A stretch of 64,000 bases of DNA, taken from an uncultured cyanobacterium. Its GTDB lineage: Bacteria > Cyanobacteriota > Cyanobacteriia > Cyanobacteriales > Nostocaceae. This document shows positions 9,264-19,406 of this stretch, piece by piece; position 1 is the stretch's first letter, and the number at the start of each line of letters is the position of its first letter. The notes below the pieces were generated by a model that saw only the letters and a list, made by a program, of their open reading frames with translations, searched no databases and was not told where the DNA came from. The DNA is taken from assembly GCA_963706595.1 (NCBI GenBank), contig OY970166.1:4672001-4736000 (forward strand), given 5' to 3'. Position numbers and translations under genes: made by a program.

Positions 9264-9761
9264 TTAATTCGTAGTTTGTGCAGCTAGCATCTGCTTGAGC
9301 TTTTCTAATTCAGAAGCCCAACGTGGATCGGGACGAATAGTATCTGAGTCAGCACTTGTGCTGGTTTCCCGGACACCACCGCCACCGCCACGGCGAGACT
9401 TCTTAGCGCTTTTCTCACGACGAGCGCCTTCTTTTTGGATAGTTGGCGCGGGATGACTAGGAGTACTAGTAGCTGCTTTAATGGGCTGCTCGTCACCTTC
9501 CTCACCTTTTGTCCGAGGTAATGCTTTTTCTAGCTTAATGGGAGTCTCTTTAAACAATTGACCACTATACTTTTCAATAATTTGATCAGCTTGTTCGTCA
9601 TTGTTGACTGTGAGAAACCCGAAACCACGGCATTTACCCGTTTTCCGGTCTTTAATTAGTTTTGTAGTCACAGCATCGCCTTCTTCGGCAAAAACTGCTT
9701 GTAGATCCTGACGATCTATTTCTTCTTTTGGCAAATTGCCTATATATAGGCGAACGGACAT
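9264..9761 (-). CDS. RRM RNA-binding protein, Rbp3/RbpG-like
   Basis: RNP2 LYIGNL, RNP1 RGFGFLTV, C-terminal PDPRWA..L.KLK. Confidence 0.85.
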   Translation of the reverse strand: MSVRLYIGNLPKEEIDRQDLQAVFAEEGDAVTTKLIKDRKTGKCRGFGFLTVNNDEQADQIIEKYSGQLFKETPIKLEKALPRTKGEEGDEQPIKAATSTPSHPAPTIQKEGARREKSAKKSRRGGGGGVRETSTSADSDTIRPDPRWASELEKLKQMLAAQTTN

Positions 9762-10377
9762 GGACTATACCTCCAGAGTTGAACGAACATGGCAAGGCAA
9801 GAAAACAATCACTTGGCTTTGGCTATTAAATAGATGCTATTGACCAAGACTGCCGTAAACCAAATTTTTTACTCCAAACTGTCAATCTATACAATACAGT
9901 TTTTCGTTGGGATCAAGCTTGTTTAATACAAAAGCGTAGACAACGCTCGGCTAATACCACCTTAATTCTAAGAATCGTAAATTTATAAGCCTTGGCTTGC
10001 TAAAGTAAATATCTTCTTTGATAACCTTGCCCGCAGAATTAAATACCATTCCTTACATTACCACGGTATTATCTACGTAGCTAGTTCAGAGCATACATTT
10101 CCAACGATAGCATTAATATATCGTAGCATAAAATACATTTTTTCTCCAGAAAAATTATCAGAAACAAGCACCAGCTATTATCTGGTGAATTTGTTGCTGT
10201 ATAAGGACGATAAAAAGGATATATTTGCACGAATTAGCCAATTTTAGATAACCAAGCTATATTGCTCAGTTAATTCGATTGTGAGGGATTACGTAAATAA
10301 ATGTAACGTTCATTCATAAAATTTGCAACTTTTATTTACATTCCCAATGGTGAAAGAAGAGGGCAGGGTGCAGGGAA

Positions 10378-10402
10378 GTAGGGGCGTATTGTAATACGCC
10401 CC
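10378..10402. repeat. GTAG-type REP-like palindrome
   Basis: GTA-GGGGCGTATT-gt-AATACGCCCC. Confidence 0.55.
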
Positions 10403-10424
10403 GGCTGAGGAACGCCTAGCGGTG

Positions 10425-12710
10425 CTAGCCTGTGAGAAAGATGTATGTACCCCAAGCCTGTGCAGCAACGGCCACAACGGTAGACCATAAGGGATGAGGG
10501 CTATAAATGGTTTTACCACTTTGAGTTTGTACGGTGTGAATATCAATCCAAGGTGTTGCTCCCCGGCGAAACCAGCCTGTGACTATAATTTGCCGACCAA
10601 TTAAATCTTGAGGATTAACTGACTGTCCTAAAGAAATGTGGTGTAATTTCACTAGGCCTGTGCTGGATTGTAAAATTAAGTCTTGTCCCAAGCAATTACC
10701 AGCACCTCGGCGACCTAATAGCTTACCCACAAGCCGCACACTCATACTATCAATCGGAATAGCAGATGGGTGAGCTAAGAGGTTGGGCAGGCTTTGCTCA
10801 TTTTGGACACGATTCGTTTTGATATCTGGAAAAAACGCATTCATTCGGAACACCATACCGATGCTGAAGCCAATCAGTAGGCAACCTGTGACAAAAGTCC
10901 AATCTTCGTATATCCACGTTAAGTTTATCCACTTAAGAGTGAAAGCAGTTTGCCATATCAGCCAGATCAGACCCGCTAATACAAAACCAAAAAGAATGCC
11001 CAAAAAGGGAGCGATTTGTAAGAAGAAGGACTGACGCTTTACCTGAAAAGTTGGTTGGACTTCGGCTACGCTCAGTCCAGGGCTAGTGAGATGTAGTTCC
11101 GGATCTATGTGCCAATGGCGGGCAATTTGACTTAGACGTTGGATGCGATCGCCTATTAACGGATGGCTATTATTAATCGTAAACCAGCGCCGATATGGAT
11201 GAACAGTATCCCACATTAATATAGATTCAAAAGGCATTCGACCAGCAATACTACCCAAAGAAATACTCTGCTCATAACCCACTGGGAGTAAGAAATTTAA
11301 ACTTGACAAATGCCAACTGGTTTGTTCGGATTTTTGGATATCAACAGAAATGCCGATAGCAATTTTGAGTAAAGCGCGAGTCAAAGCATTGGGATTGCCA
11401 GTAATTTCCGCCGCCAGGCGATCGCTATAGTAAAGCCGCAACCGCGACAACCATAAACTCACACCAGTCAACAAACACCAAACTCCATAAATCACACCAG
11501 CCAAAATGGTTATTGGTTTATACCAAATCCCCTCTGATTTGCTGTTTCCCCAAGTTGATATTTGCTGATATAGCCGATGAATTGGTAGTGACAGCAGCAA
11601 CACCAAAGACATCACCACAAAATCCCAGTGGGCAATATGTCCTAACTGTGTTGCATAGATAGTCGCAATTTCATCATCTGCCAATTGCTCTAATAGTCCC
11701 TGACTGACCACAATCCTGGCGTTGCGGGACAGATTCCCATAAGTCAGCGCCATTGGTGCAGCTATGGGCAGAATTCGCAGTTTAGGTGATTGCCAGCGAC
11801 GCTGTTGGCAGTAACGTTGTAGTACTCTTACTGTTTCGCGACTACGGCTATGTAAGACATCTTTGGACAATTCTCGCTGTCCATAAAAGTCTGCTAATAG
11901 CCAATCTAGCAACCAGGGTGATAGTCCAATGAGGATGAATAAAGCTATCAATAAAAATGAGGTGGGATTGCGGTAGAGGAACTGTAATGGCTCCAAATAT
12001 GGTAGTTTGACTAAAGCAAAGTTAATCAACCCCGTTAGTAAATTGACTATTTCTCGCAGTAAGTAAAACAAAGCCACAAATGTACCAACTGCTAGAAATC
12101 GCAAGGGAATTAACTTCGGCTTACGCAGTGGTTGCCATACCTTGGCACGTTTTCCTTGTCGCCAATAAATACTGGATGGTGGCGTTTGTGTATAGCTGGT
12201 AGAACCGAAAAAAATGTTTGTGTTGCTAGCAGGTGCTTCGGCAATGGTTGTGTTTTGGTACTCAACTGATGGTATAGCCGTATTCCGCAAGCTACCTGAT
12301 TTGACGGCAGATGAATTGCGATCGCTTGTATTTTCTGCTACTGTATCTTTTGGTTTGCGTTTTGACGCAGCAGAGTTTTGAGCATTTTCCAAAAGTCCCA
12401 ATCCAGTCGCCGAATTCGTGGAAACTTTGCTACTTTTTTTGCGTTTTGTCAAGTGTGTGAGCGCCAGTTCAGCCCATTCTTTCACTTGTGTATTTTGGCT
12501 TTCAGTGAGAGTATGACACAGGGCTGTGGCCTTGCTGATTTGCCCAATCCGGGCGTAAGCCATCACTAAACCAACCCGTGCCTGTAAGTTAGCCGTAGCA
12601 TCTTCTTGAATACTAGCAACAGGTGTCAGTTTAGCGATCGCAACTTGGTAATTTTCTTGTTTGAGGGCGACTAAACCGGCCTCCAAAGACAGTTCGGCAT
12701 CTGAATGCAT
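10425..12710 (-). CDS. Membrane M48/HtpX-family peptidase-like protein with N-terminal TPR
   Basis: GLLEQLADDEIATIYATQLGHIAHWD (HEXXH degenerate), SDRLAAEITGNP..LTRALLKI and SHPLIGDRI. Start taken at ATG 12710. Confidence 0.75.
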   Translation of the reverse strand: MHSDAELSLEAGLVALKQENYQVAIAKLTPVASIQEDATANLQARVGLVMAYARIGQISKATALCHTLTESQNTQVKEWAELALTHLTKRKKSSKVSTNSATGLGLLENAQNSAASKRKPKDTVAENTSDRNSSAVKSGSLRNTAIPSVEYQNTTIAEAPASNTNIFFGSTSYTQTPPSSIYWRQGKRAKVWQPLRKPKLIPLRFLAVGTFVALFYLLREIVNLLTGLINFALVKLPYLEPLQFLYRNPTSFLLIALFILIGLSPWLLDWLLADFYGQRELSKDVLHSRSRETVRVLQRYCQQRRWQSPKLRILPIAAPMALTYGNLSRNARIVVSQGLLEQLADDEIATIYATQLGHIAHWDFVVMSLVLLLSLPIHRLYQQISTWGNSKSEGIWYKPITILAGVIYGVWCLLTGVSLWLSRLRLYYSDRLAAEITGNPNALTRALLKIAIGISVDIQKSEQTSWHLSSLNFLLPVGYEQSISLGSIAGRMPFESILMWDTVHPYRRWFTINNSHPLIGDRIQRLSQIARHWHIDPELHLTSPGLSVAEVQPTFQVKRQSFFLQIAPFLGILFGFVLAGLIWLIWQTAFTLKWINLTWIYEDWTFVTGCLLIGFSIGMVFRMNAFFPDIKTNRVQNEQSLPNLLAHPSAIPIDSMSVRLVGKLLGRRGAGNCLGQDLILQSSTGLVKLHHISLGQSVNPQDLIGRQIIVTGWFRRGATPWIDIHTVQTQSGKTIYSPHPLWSTVVAVAAQAWGTYIFLTG

Positions 12711-12814
12711 AGAAATTTTGGCACTCCAATGTCTACTTGATCCACGGTGGTACACAAGCGCGAATCTTGAATGCCGTGGACATTAATTGCACCCGGTTAG
12801 TCCCATCAAGTGAA

Positions 12815-14443
12815 TTATTCTTCCACTGATTGTTGACCAGAATACACCGGGGCGATCGCGCTTAACTTCAACTCTGGATGATCTCCCTGTAACTGTTGGC
12901 AATTCCATTCATTGCGGAACAGCAAAACTGGCCGTCCCAAATTATCTTTGACAGTAGTGGTGTTGAAAATCCGTCCCACTTTATTCAAAGCTTCCCATCC
13001 ACCTTCCACCCAACGGGCGACGCTGTAAGGAAGTAACTCTAAAATGGTTTCTACACCATACTCGTTCTGCAAACGAAACTGCACCACTTCAAATTGCAGC
13101 TGACCCACCGCGGCCATAATCGGGTCACGTTTGGCTTCATCCGATGAATACATAATTTGCACTGCACCCTCTTCGCGCAATTCCGAAATACCTTTTTGAA
13201 ATTGCTTAAACTTTGAGGGGTTGGGATTTCTCAGAGATGCAAACAGTTCTGGCGAAAAATAGGGGATTCCTTCATATTCGAGCTTTTGACCTGTATAAAT
13301 AGTGTCACCAATTGCAAAAACACCCGGATTGTTTAAACCAATGACATCGCCAGGATAAGCTGTATCAATCGATTCCCTCTCCTGGGCAAAAAGTTTTTGC
13401 GGGCGAGACAGGCGAACGAGTTTGCCTGTGCGCGCATGATTCACTGTCATATCTTTTTCAAACTTTCCTGTACAAACCCGGATAAATGCCACGCGATCGC
13501 GGTGCTTAGGGTCCATATTTGCTTGCAGCTTGAAGACAAACCCAGTAAAGTCGGGATAAGTGGGGGGAATTTCGCCCACGCTGCTGTTATGCGCGCCTGG
13601 TTTGAGGGCATACTTGAGAAAGTACTTAAGGAATAACTCTACCCCAAAGTTCGTCATTGCGCTACCAAAAAAGACTGGAGTCATTTTCCCTTGATGTACT
13701 AAGTCCAAATCCAGTTCTGGGCCGACTCCTTCTAAAAGTTCTAAGTCATCTTTAAGTTGCTGATAAAGCTCATCTTCTAGCAGTTCCGCAATTTTGGCAT
13801 CACCTAAATCTACGGTCGTCTCGCGGGCTTCCCGGCTACCGTGGGCGCTGCGTTCAAATAAATGAATTTTTTGCTCGTGGCGGTCAAATACACCTTTAAA
13901 GCGATCGCCCATCCCAATCGGCCAGTTGACTGCATAGGTTTGTAAACCTAATTCCTGCTCAATTTCATCCAGCAGTTCCAGGGCTTCCCTTCCTGGACGG
14001 TCGAGTTTATTTACAAATGTAAAGATGGGTAAACCTTTTAACTTACAGACTTCAAATAACTTCCGCGTTTGAGGTTCCAAACCTTTAGCCACGTCAATCA
14101 GCATCACCGCATTATCTGCGGCTGCTAGAGTGCGATAAGTATCTTCACTAAAATCTTGGTGTCCGGGTGTATCAAGTAAATTGATTTGACAATTTTGGTA
14201 GGCAAACTGTAACACAGTCGAGGTAATGGAAATTCCCCGTTGTTGTTCCATTGCCATCCAGTCTGAGGTAGCCTTACGCTGCGCCCTCCGGGCTTTAACA
14301 GCACCAGCTTCGTGAATAGCACCCCCGTATAACAGGAGTTTTTCTGTGAGGGTAGTTTTACCTGCGTCGGGGTGAGAAATAATCGCAAAATTGCGCCGCA
14401 GTTCCACTGCTTTATCTAGTTCCGTCTGAATTTCAGTTGACAT
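12815..14443 (-). CDS. prfC: Peptide chain release factor 3
   Basis: [34 protein letters not shown] and [14 protein letters not shown]. Confidence 0.97.
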   Translation of the reverse strand: MSTEIQTELDKAVELRRNFAIISHPDAGKTTLTEKLLLYGGAIHEAGAVKARRAQRKATSDWMAMEQQRGISITSTVLQFAYQNCQINLLDTPGHQDFSEDTYRTLAAADNAVMLIDVAKGLEPQTRKLFEVCKLKGLPIFTFVNKLDRPGREALELLDEIEQELGLQTYAVNWPIGMGDRFKGVFDRHEQKIHLFERSAHGSREARETTVDLGDAKIAELLEDELYQQLKDDLELLEGVGPELDLDLVHQGKMTPVFFGSAMTNFGVELFLKYFLKYALKPGAHNSSVGEIPPTYPDFTGFVFKLQANMDPKHRDRVAFIRVCTGKFEKDMTVNHARTGKLVRLSRPQKLFAQERESIDTAYPGDVIGLNNPGVFAIGDTIYTGQKLEYEGIPYFSPELFASLRNPNPSKFKQFQKGISELREEGAVQIMYSSDEAKRDPIMAAVGQLQFEVVQFRLQNEYGVETILELLPYSVARWVEGGWEALNKVGRIFNTTTVKDNLGRPVLLFRNEWNCQQLQGDHPELKLSAIAPVYSGQQSVEE

Positions 14444-14582
14444 AAACTGTATTTTTTTCCTTGTTGCTTAATTTATTTTAATTTTTTATCTTGAAAAAGA
14501 ATGGGCGATGCCTACGGCTGCAAGCTACGCACTACCAAGATTAGTTAGAAAAGCCACCACCGGGTGAAACAGTGCTGAAAAG

Positions 14583-14766
14583 AACCTCACCCCCAGCCCC
14601 TCTCCTTGGTAAGGAGAGGGGAGAGTTTGATACCTGACTTTTCACGGGATCTGGAAAACCTCTCTCCAAACCTCTCCCCTACAAGGGCAGAGGCTTTGAA
14701 TTTTCCCCCTTCCCTGCCTTCGGCACGCTGCGCGAACGTAGGGAAGGGGGCTAGGGGGTTAGGTTT
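14583..14766. repeat. Cluster of nested dispersed hairpin repeats
   Basis: CCCCTCTCCTT/AAGGAGAGGGG and CCCCCTTCCCT...AGGGAAGGGGG hairpins, the latter with a nested GCCTTCGGCACGCTGCGCGAAC unit. Confidence 0.65.
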
Positions 14767-14817
14767 CGCTTTGGTTTTTCCACATAAGGTGAAGAGTGAG
14801 AGTTTGATACAGGTTAT

Positions 14818-15741
14818 TTAATTGACATTTGTTACTGGTGTAACTCCCGCCAAATCTAAGATTGGTGCAATTAAATCTTCCCGTTTTACAGCCATGATAT
14901 GGACACCCTGGCATAATTGGCGGGCAGTTTGCACTTGTTCGGCGGCAATTTTCATTCCTTCTTCCAGGGGATCTTTTGCTTTGGCTAATCGCTCAATAAT
15001 ATGCGGGGGAATATTTACACCTGGAACACACCGATTAATAAACTGGGCATTTTTTGCCGATTTCAACAAAAATATTCCTGCCAAAATTGGTTTCTCATAA
15101 TTAACGGCTACGGTGTCCATAAACTTTTCTAGCCGTTCAAAATCTGTAATCATCTGGCTTTGGAAAAATTGCGCTCCGGCTTCAATTTTGCGTTCAAATC
15201 GCTTTTGTAAACCTGACCAACTGGGAGACTGGGGATCTACAGCCGCACCAGCAAATAACTCAGTCGCCCCATCGGTCAGAGGCTTTTCATTGTCATCAAC
15301 GCCCTGATTTAGCTTCCGAATTAGTTGCAGCAGGCGCACAGATTCTAAATCAAACACGGCTTTAGCATGGGGATGATCGCCAACTTTCACCGGATCACCA
15401 GTTAAAGCTAAAATGTTGCGGATACCCAACGCATGAGCGCCCATTAAATCAGCTTGTAAACCAATTCTATTGCGATCGCGGCAAGCCATCTGACAAATCG
15501 GCTCAATGCCATTCTGTAACAAAATCACTGAGGCTACTAAAGAAGACATCCGCAATACGGCGCGGCTACCATCGGTAATATTGACAGCATGAACCCTTCC
15601 CTTAAGGGTCGCCGCCATTGAAATCATGAGTGTGACATCTACCCCTTTTGGGGGTGCTACCTCGGCGGTCACTAAAAATTCGCCTGCTTGCGCGGCGCGA
15701 CGAAAGGAATTTAAAACTGTGGGATTTTGGGTATCCTGCAT
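14818..15741 (-). CDS. metF: Methylenetetrahydrofolate reductase
   Basis: AEVAPPKG, CRDRNRIGLQADL, LALTGDP and KIEAGAQFFQSQ. Confidence 0.92.
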   Translation of the reverse strand: MQDTQNPTVLNSFRRAAQAGEFLVTAEVAPPKGVDVTLMISMAATLKGRVHAVNITDGSRAVLRMSSLVASVILLQNGIEPICQMACRDRNRIGLQADLMGAHALGIRNILALTGDPVKVGDHPHAKAVFDLESVRLLQLIRKLNQGVDDNEKPLTDGATELFAGAAVDPQSPSWSGLQKRFERKIEAGAQFFQSQMITDFERLEKFMDTVAVNYEKPILAGIFLLKSAKNAQFINRCVPGVNIPPHIIERLAKAKDPLEEGMKIAAEQVQTARQLCQGVHIMAVKREDLIAPILDLAGVTPVTNVN

Positions 15742-15800
15742 AACATTAATTTTTCTGTTTCCTTAAAGGCTATAACGAATTATGCCTAAAAGCGAAACCC

Positions 15801-16811
15801 TTAAAGAGGTAGAGTATAGCCCAAAGCAGTTTTTACCTGTGTGAGAGTTTGATTAGCGATCGCCTCAGCTTTTTGCCGTCCTTCCCGCAAAACCGAGTCT
15901 AGATAAGCTTTATCTGCCATCACCGCCTGATATTTTTCCTGTATAGGCGTTAAAGCATTAATTGTTGTTTCTGTCAACAAAGGTTTAAATTGTCCCCAAC
16001 CCATATCTTGACATTCTGCGGCGACCTCTTCCTTCTTCTTTCCAGACAGCAGCATATACAGACTTAACAAGTTGTTACACTCTGGACGCTCTGGATCATC
16101 GAAAGTCAAACCCCGAACCTGATCAGTTTTACAACGCTTAATCTTATATTGAATCTGCTCTGGTGGGTCTAGTAAATTAATCCGGCTTAAATCCGAAGGA
16201 TCAGACTTTGACATTTTGCGCGTACCATCAGCCAAACTCATCACCCTAGCCCCTTCCTTGCGAATTAAAGGCTCTGGTAACTTAATCACAGGCTGGTCAG
16301 GTTTACCAAATTGGTGATTAAATCTGTTAACAATATCTCTTGTCAATTCCAAATGTTGTTTTTGGTCTTCACCTACTGGCACTTTATCAGCTTGATACAG
16401 CAAAATATCAGCAGCCATCAGCACAGGATAGTCCAACAAGCCGACATTGACATTTTCACCCTGTTTAATCGCCTTTTCCTTAAACTGAATCATGTCTTGC
16501 AACCAGTTTAAAGGTGTAATGCAATTAAACAACCAAGTCAGTTCGCTGTGGGCAGAGACGTGAGATTGCACAAAAATAGTGGAATGACTTAAATCCAGAC
16601 CACAAGCCAGATAAAGCGCCACCAGGGTATAGGTATCAGACGCTAACAGTTTGGGGTCGTGTGGCACTGTAATGGCGTGCAAATCAGCCACGAACAGGTA
16701 ATTATCGTATTCGCTCTGACCTTCTACCCAGTTGCGAATGGCTCCCAAGTAGTTACCCAGATGGTAATTACCCGTTGGTTGAACTCCAGAAAGAATACGC
16801 TGCTTGCCCAT
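15801..16811 (-). CDS. trpS: Tryptophan--tRNA ligase
   Basis: SGVQPTGNYHLGNYLG, VPVGEDQKQH and KMSKS. Confidence 0.97.
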   Translation of the reverse strand: MGKQRILSGVQPTGNYHLGNYLGAIRNWVEGQSEYDNYLFVADLHAITVPHDPKLLASDTYTLVALYLACGLDLSHSTIFVQSHVSAHSELTWLFNCITPLNWLQDMIQFKEKAIKQGENVNVGLLDYPVLMAADILLYQADKVPVGEDQKQHLELTRDIVNRFNHQFGKPDQPVIKLPEPLIRKEGARVMSLADGTRKMSKSDPSDLSRINLLDPPEQIQYKIKRCKTDQVRGLTFDDPERPECNNLLSLYMLLSGKKKEEVAAECQDMGWGQFKPLLTETTINALTPIQEKYQAVMADKAYLDSVLREGRQKAEAIANQTLTQVKTALGYTLPL

Positions 16812-16918
16812 AAATTTCAACTTAATTTATCTCAAATCCGCTCTCTGTCAAGTGGCGGTTACAAAACTCATTCAATTTTGACACTTTCCTGAATAAATTT
16901 ATAAATATAACAAAAAAT

Positions 16919-16946
16919 GTAGGGACAATTCATGAATTATTCCTAC
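16919..16946. repeat. GTAG-type REP-like palindrome
   Basis: GTAGGGACAATTCATGAATTATTCCTAC. Confidence 0.55.
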
Positions 16947-16985
16947 AAATGTTCTGAAAGACGCATATTTAAATTCAGCCGATGT

Positions 16986-17261
16986 CTATTGAGGTCGAAT
17001 CAGGCTAACGCTTTTGGTTGCACTATCCCAGACTATCCAGGCACAAGAATTATCTACATCTTCTGCATGATTGGTAACTTTAAAATACACCTTATCCTGT
17101 CCTTTGGGTTCAACAGCAAAGTCGGCATTTTGGGCATAAACCACTTTAAAACCTTTGTCTCGCAAGCAATACATCGCCCAAGCTTTCAATGATTGCTTGT
17201 ATGGTTCATGGGGAATTGGTGGTTTAGTGATGGTGTCTTCTATGACTTGAAATATTTCCAT
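16986..17261 (-). CDS. Small hypothetical protein
   Basis: 91-aa ATG-started ORF with plausible composition, co-oriented with trpS. Confidence 0.65.
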   Translation of the reverse strand: MEIFQVIEDTITKPPIPHEPYKQSLKAWAMYCLRDKGFKVVYAQNADFAVEPKGQDKVYFKVTNHAEDVDNSCAWIVWDSATKSVSLIRPQ

Positions 17262-17486
17262 TGGTTTTGAGTTTGTAGATATATATATATGTATTTTGTT
17301 GTATCACGCTCCAGAGTCAGAAAAGCAAACAGCGAATCATGAAGCTAAATAACTTCTGGAGACAATAACAAGCGAAACACGGCAGAGAACGTGTTAAATT
17401 TAATTTGCCCATTCAGTTGGAATCACTTAGATTATAAAAATCTAGATTATCTGTTGGGAATATTAGCCTAATTCACTGTTAAGGTA

Positions 17487-19406
17487 ATGAACTCTATACA
17501 AAAACCTTGCTTAACTATTCCTGATTTCCTTGAACATTGGCAAAAAACACAACCAGATGCGATCGCAATTATCGCCCCCCAACGTCAACCCCTAACTTAC
17601 CAGCAACTTCACGCCCAAACCCTGATAGTTGCCCAAGCTTTAGCACAACTCAATATTCATCCTAACGAACCGGTAGCCGTTGCCCTTCCCAACAGTCCAG
17701 AAATGGCTGTGATGTTCCTCTCCGTTGCTTCCTATGCCACCTGCGCCCCCCTCAACCCCAACTATCGAGAAACAGAGTATGAATTTTATCTGAGTGACCT
17801 GCAACCAAAAGCGCTGATTATGCAATCTGGGGTAGCTGACGCAGCCCGCAAAGTCGCGGAAATGCAAAAAATACCAATTATTGAGTTATCACCTAATTTA
17901 GAGGCATCAGCAGGTATCTTTTCCCTGAACTTTACCCCTGCATCTACCGCCCAAATTGACCCCGCCACCCCCGATAATATCGCCCTGATTTTGCATACTT
18001 CCGGCACTACCTCCCGCCCAAAAATCGTTCCTCTCAGCCATCACAATCTTTGTACTTCTGCCAGCAACATTAGCCAAACACTACAATTAACAGCCCATGA
18101 CTGCTGTCTCAACGTCATGCCTTTATTTCATATTCATGGGTTGATAGGCTGTTTGCTCTCCACCATCAGCACCGGGGCAAGTATAATTTGTACTCCGGGG
18201 TTTCAATCACCCAACTTTCTCGACTGGTTACAACAACTGCAACCAACTTGGTATTCTGCTGTACCGACAATGCAGCAGCTAATTTTGGAAAGAGCAAAAT
18301 CTACTTCTGACCTCTCCCACAACTTAAGGCTAATTCGTTCCTCCTCCGCTTCCCTTCCCCCACAAGTAATTCAAGAATTGGAAGCCACCTTCAAAGTGCC
18401 TGTGATTGAGGCTTATGGCATGACAGAAGCCTCCCATCAAATGACCAGTAACCCCCTACCGCCTTTAGTGCGTAAACCCGGTTCAGTTGGTTTACCAGCA
18501 GGGCCTGAAGTTGCCATCATGGATGAAGCTGGTAATTTTCTTGCCGTTGGAGAGGTTGGAGAAATAGTCATTCGTGGTGCAAATGTGACACAAGGATATG
18601 GGAATAATCCTGAAGCTAACACCAAAGCATTTACACAGGGGTGGTTTCGCACAGGAGACCAGGGGATGTTTGATGAGGATGGCTATCTGACGATTAAAGG
18701 ACGAATCAAAGAATTAATCAATCGTGGTGGAGAAAAAATAGCCCCTCGTGAAATTGATGAAGTGTTACTGGAACATCCAAACATTGCCCAAGCTGTAGCT
18801 TTTGCTGTTCCTCATTCTCTGTTAGGAGAAGAAGTTGGAGTAGCCGTAGTTCTCAAACAGGGCAAAACTGTTACCGAGGAAGAAGTACAAACATTTATTG
18901 CCAAGTCTCTAGCAGATTTTAAAGTTCCCCGTCGGGTTGTTTTTTTAGATGCAATTCCCAAAGGTGCTACTGGCAAGTTACAACGGATTGGATTAGCTGA
19001 AAAATTAGGGATCACCTTTGCCGAACCAGCAACAGAACTTTTAAGTTTTATCCCTCCTAGAACATCTTTAGAAATAGTCATCGCCAACATTTGGGCAACG
19101 TTTCTCAAACGGGAGAAAATCGGGATAGAAGATAATTTCTATGCCTTGGGAGGACAATCTTTAGAAGCGGTGGAAATTACAGGTGAAATAGAAGAACTTT
19201 TTGCTATTAAACTACCCTTATTAGCAATCTCTAAAGCTCCTACGGTTGCTAAACTGGCAGAATTAATAATACAAAAATCCTCACAGGCAAAACTCCTAGA
19301 AATAATGGCTCAACAAATTCTCGATGTGGCGGATATGCAAGAAGAAGAAATTGAACAAATGTTAGCTGAACACAACGCTTGTGCTGGGGTAGAAGGAGAA
19401 TCATGA
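17487..19406 (+). CDS. NRPS loading protein: oxalate-CoA-ligase-like adenylating enzyme fused to a carrier (PCP/ACP) domain
   Basis: LHTSGTTSRPK, PLFHIHGL, WYSAVPTM, IRSSSASL, EAYGMTEASHQMTSNPLPP and IPKGATGKLQR. C-terminal carrier DNFYALGGQSL and an acidic docking tail. Confidence 0.85.
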   Translation: MNSIQKPCLTIPDFLEHWQKTQPDAIAIIAPQRQPLTYQQLHAQTLIVAQALAQLNIHPNEPVAVALPNSPEMAVMFLSVASYATCAPLNPNYRETEYEFYLSDLQPKALIMQSGVADAARKVAEMQKIPIIELSPNLEASAGIFSLNFTPASTAQIDPATPDNIALILHTSGTTSRPKIVPLSHHNLCTSASNISQTLQLTAHDCCLNVMPLFHIHGLIGCLLSTISTGASIICTPGFQSPNFLDWLQQLQPTWYSAVPTMQQLILERAKSTSDLSHNLRLIRSSSASLPPQVIQELEATFKVPVIEAYGMTEASHQMTSNPLPPLVRKPGSVGLPAGPEVAIMDEAGNFLAVGEVGEIVIRGANVTQGYGNNPEANTKAFTQGWFRTGDQGMFDEDGYLTIKGRIKELINRGGEKIAPREIDEVLLEHPNIAQAVAFAVPHSLLGEEVGVAVVLKQGKTVTEEEVQTFIAKSLADFKVPRRVVFLDAIPKGATGKLQRIGLAEKLGITFAEPATELLSFIPPRTSLEIVIANIWATFLKREKIGIEDNFYALGGQSLEAVEITGEIEELFAIKLPLLAISKAPTVAKLAELIIQKSSQAKLLEIMAQQILDVADMQEEEIEQMLAEHNACAGVEGES

